Shown: positions 1 to 328 of the stretch, in pieces
Numbering within the stretch: the first letter of the stretch is position 1
Layout of the letters: every line of letters starts with the position of its first letter
From: Escherichia coli
GTDB taxonomy: Bacteria > Pseudomonadota > Gammaproteobacteria > Enterobacterales > Enterobacteriaceae
Reading direction: 5' to 3' (one strand)
Length of the DNA stretch: 328 bases
Assembly (NCBI RefSeq): GCF_003334385.1
Contig: NZ_QOWN01000202.1
Translations under genes and position numbers: made by a program
The notes under the pieces: model-generated
Database searches by the model: none
What the model was told of the DNA's origin: nothing
The model's input: only the letters and a program-made list of their open reading frames with translations

Positions 1-230
1 TGCACACCGGATTCCATCCCGCCATCGCGGGAACGCCGGGAAAGGACCACCACATTGCGGCGCAGTTTTCCCCTGCGTACCGGTGCCCGTGACACCACTT
101 CTTCTTTCAGCACATTCGCACCCGCACGGGTTGCCTCACGCAGCACCCGGTTATTTTCCGCACCACTCAGAAGCTGCAAATCACGGCTTATTTCTTCAAG
201 TCCCGAAAAATCCAGCAGGGTTTCGATCAT
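1..230 (-). CDS. Phage neck/tail-component protein, HK97 gp10-like family (putative); N-terminal 76 codons, gene continues past window position 1
   Basis: Seen in sequence: minus-strand ATG at 230-228 with a GGAGG core 6 nt upstream; the frame is open for 76 codons to the window edge. Codon choice is enterobacterial-like (ctg, gaa, gcg, gtg, cgt, ccg, aaa dominate). Translation: MIETLLDFSGLEEISRDLQLLSGAENNRVLREATRAGANVLKEEVVSRAPVRRGKLRRNVVVLSRRSRDGGMESGV. Family call is from memory: the 'GL-EL' N-terminus followed by an 'APV-x-G-LRR-' motif resembles the HK97 gp10-like family (Pfam PF04883, as I recall). No search was run. Confidence 0.78.
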   Translation of the reverse strand, partial: MIETLLDFSGLEEISRDLQLLSGAENNRVLREATRAGANVLKEEVVSRAPVRRGKLRRNVVVLSRRSRDGGMESGV

Positions 231-328
231 TTTTCCCCTCCCAGCCGACAAAGAATTTCCAGGCGCCCGCCGGTCGCATCCGGCACGGGCACCCCGACAA
301 CATTCAGGATACAGTCACGCCAGGGACC
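227..328 (-). CDS. C-terminal 33 codons of an upstream phage morphogenesis gene (possibly a head-closure/head-tail adaptor protein); 5' end lies beyond window position 328
   Basis: Seen in sequence: minus-strand frame open from position 328 to the TGA at 229-227, translating GPWRDCILNVVGVPVPDATGGRLEILCRLGGEK*. The stop overlaps the downstream ATG (ATGA), a typical coupled-gene junction. Codon usage is reasonable (ctg, ccg, gcg, ggc, gaa). The product guess is inference from the usual gene order in siphophage neck modules, not from recognisable sequence similarity. Confidence 0.5.
   Translation of the reverse strand, partial: GPWRDCILNVVGVPVPDATGGRLEILCRLGGEK
235..242 (-). promoter_or_regulatory. 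Shine-Dalgarno / ribosome-binding site for the gp10-like gene
   Basis: Seen in sequence: minus strand reads GGGAGGGG (plus-strand cccctccc at 235-242). The GGAGG core at 241-237 sits 6 nt upstream of the ATG at 230-228. The site lies inside the last codons (G-G-E-K) of the upstream gene. Confidence 0.6.

Noticed and set aside
202-213. Possible -1 programmed frameshift slippery site at the T5 run in the gp10-like gene (minus-strand g gat ttt tcg gga)
   Set aside because: The run does not form a canonical X XXY YYZ heptamer in the zero frame and no downstream structure is evident. Frameshifting is characteristic of tail assembly chaperone genes, not this neck gene.
200-240. Rho-independent terminator or promoter between the two genes
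   Set aside because: The genes overlap by 4 bp, so there is no intergenic spacer. The T-run at 230-234 (plus strand) and the A-runs on the minus strand are not preceded by a GC-rich hairpin.
196-303. Small minus-strand ORF in a third frame (ATG at 303-301 to TGA at 198-196; 35 codons, MLSGCPCRMRPAGAWKFFVGWEGKNDRNPAGFFGT)
   Set aside because: It has no Shine-Dalgarno upstream of its ATG, is entirely overlapped by the two better-supported frames, and has an odd Cys/Gly/Arg-rich composition. It is most likely a chance ORF.
231-320. N-terminal extension of the gp10-like gene upstream of the ATG at 230-228 (same frame is open back to a TGA at 320-318)
   Set aside because: That stretch has no in-frame ATG or GTG, only a TTG at 257-255 with no Shine-Dalgarno. 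The ATG at 230-228 has a near-ideal Shine-Dalgarno and the ATGA coupling signature, so it is the better start.
1-328. A novel or previously undescribed biological system (defence system, toxin-antitoxin, etc.) in this window
   Set aside because: The whole window is accounted for by two overlapping, coupled minus-strand ORFs that resemble ordinary phage neck-module genes. There is no unexplained intergenic space, repeat array or unusual architecture. Claiming novelty would be unsupported by the sequence.
1-328. tRNA, rRNA, CRISPR repeats, or IS/transposon terminal inverted repeats
   Set aside because: There is no cloverleaf-compatible structure, no regularly spaced direct repeats and no terminal inverted repeat pair at plausible element ends. 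The sequence is continuous coding DNA.

Overview
This 328-bp window is protein-coding on the minus strand and spans the junction of two translationally coupled genes that look like a tailed-phage (likely prophage) head-tail 'neck' morphogenesis module. The minus-strand ATG at 230-228 opens a frame that runs 76 codons to the window edge (MIETLLDFSGLEEISRDLQLLSGAENNRVLREATRAGANVLKEEVVSRAPVRRGKLRRNVVVLSRRSRDGGMESGV...). From memory it resembles the HK97 gp10-like family; I could not run a search. It is preceded by a GGGAGGGG Shine-Dalgarno (242-235) and overlaps the TGA stop (229-227) of an upstream minus-strand ORF in an ATGA arrangement. Only the last 33 codons of that upstream gene are in the window (...GPWRDCILNVVGVPVPDATGGRLEILCRLGGEK*). 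No RNA gene, CRISPR, mobile-element end or terminator is visible. I see no sequence-level evidence for a novel or undescribed system here; this reads as an ordinary phage structural-gene junction. The observations worth a second look are minor: a stop-free antisense frame across the whole window, a 10-bp inverted repeat, and a GC content of about 59% by hand count.
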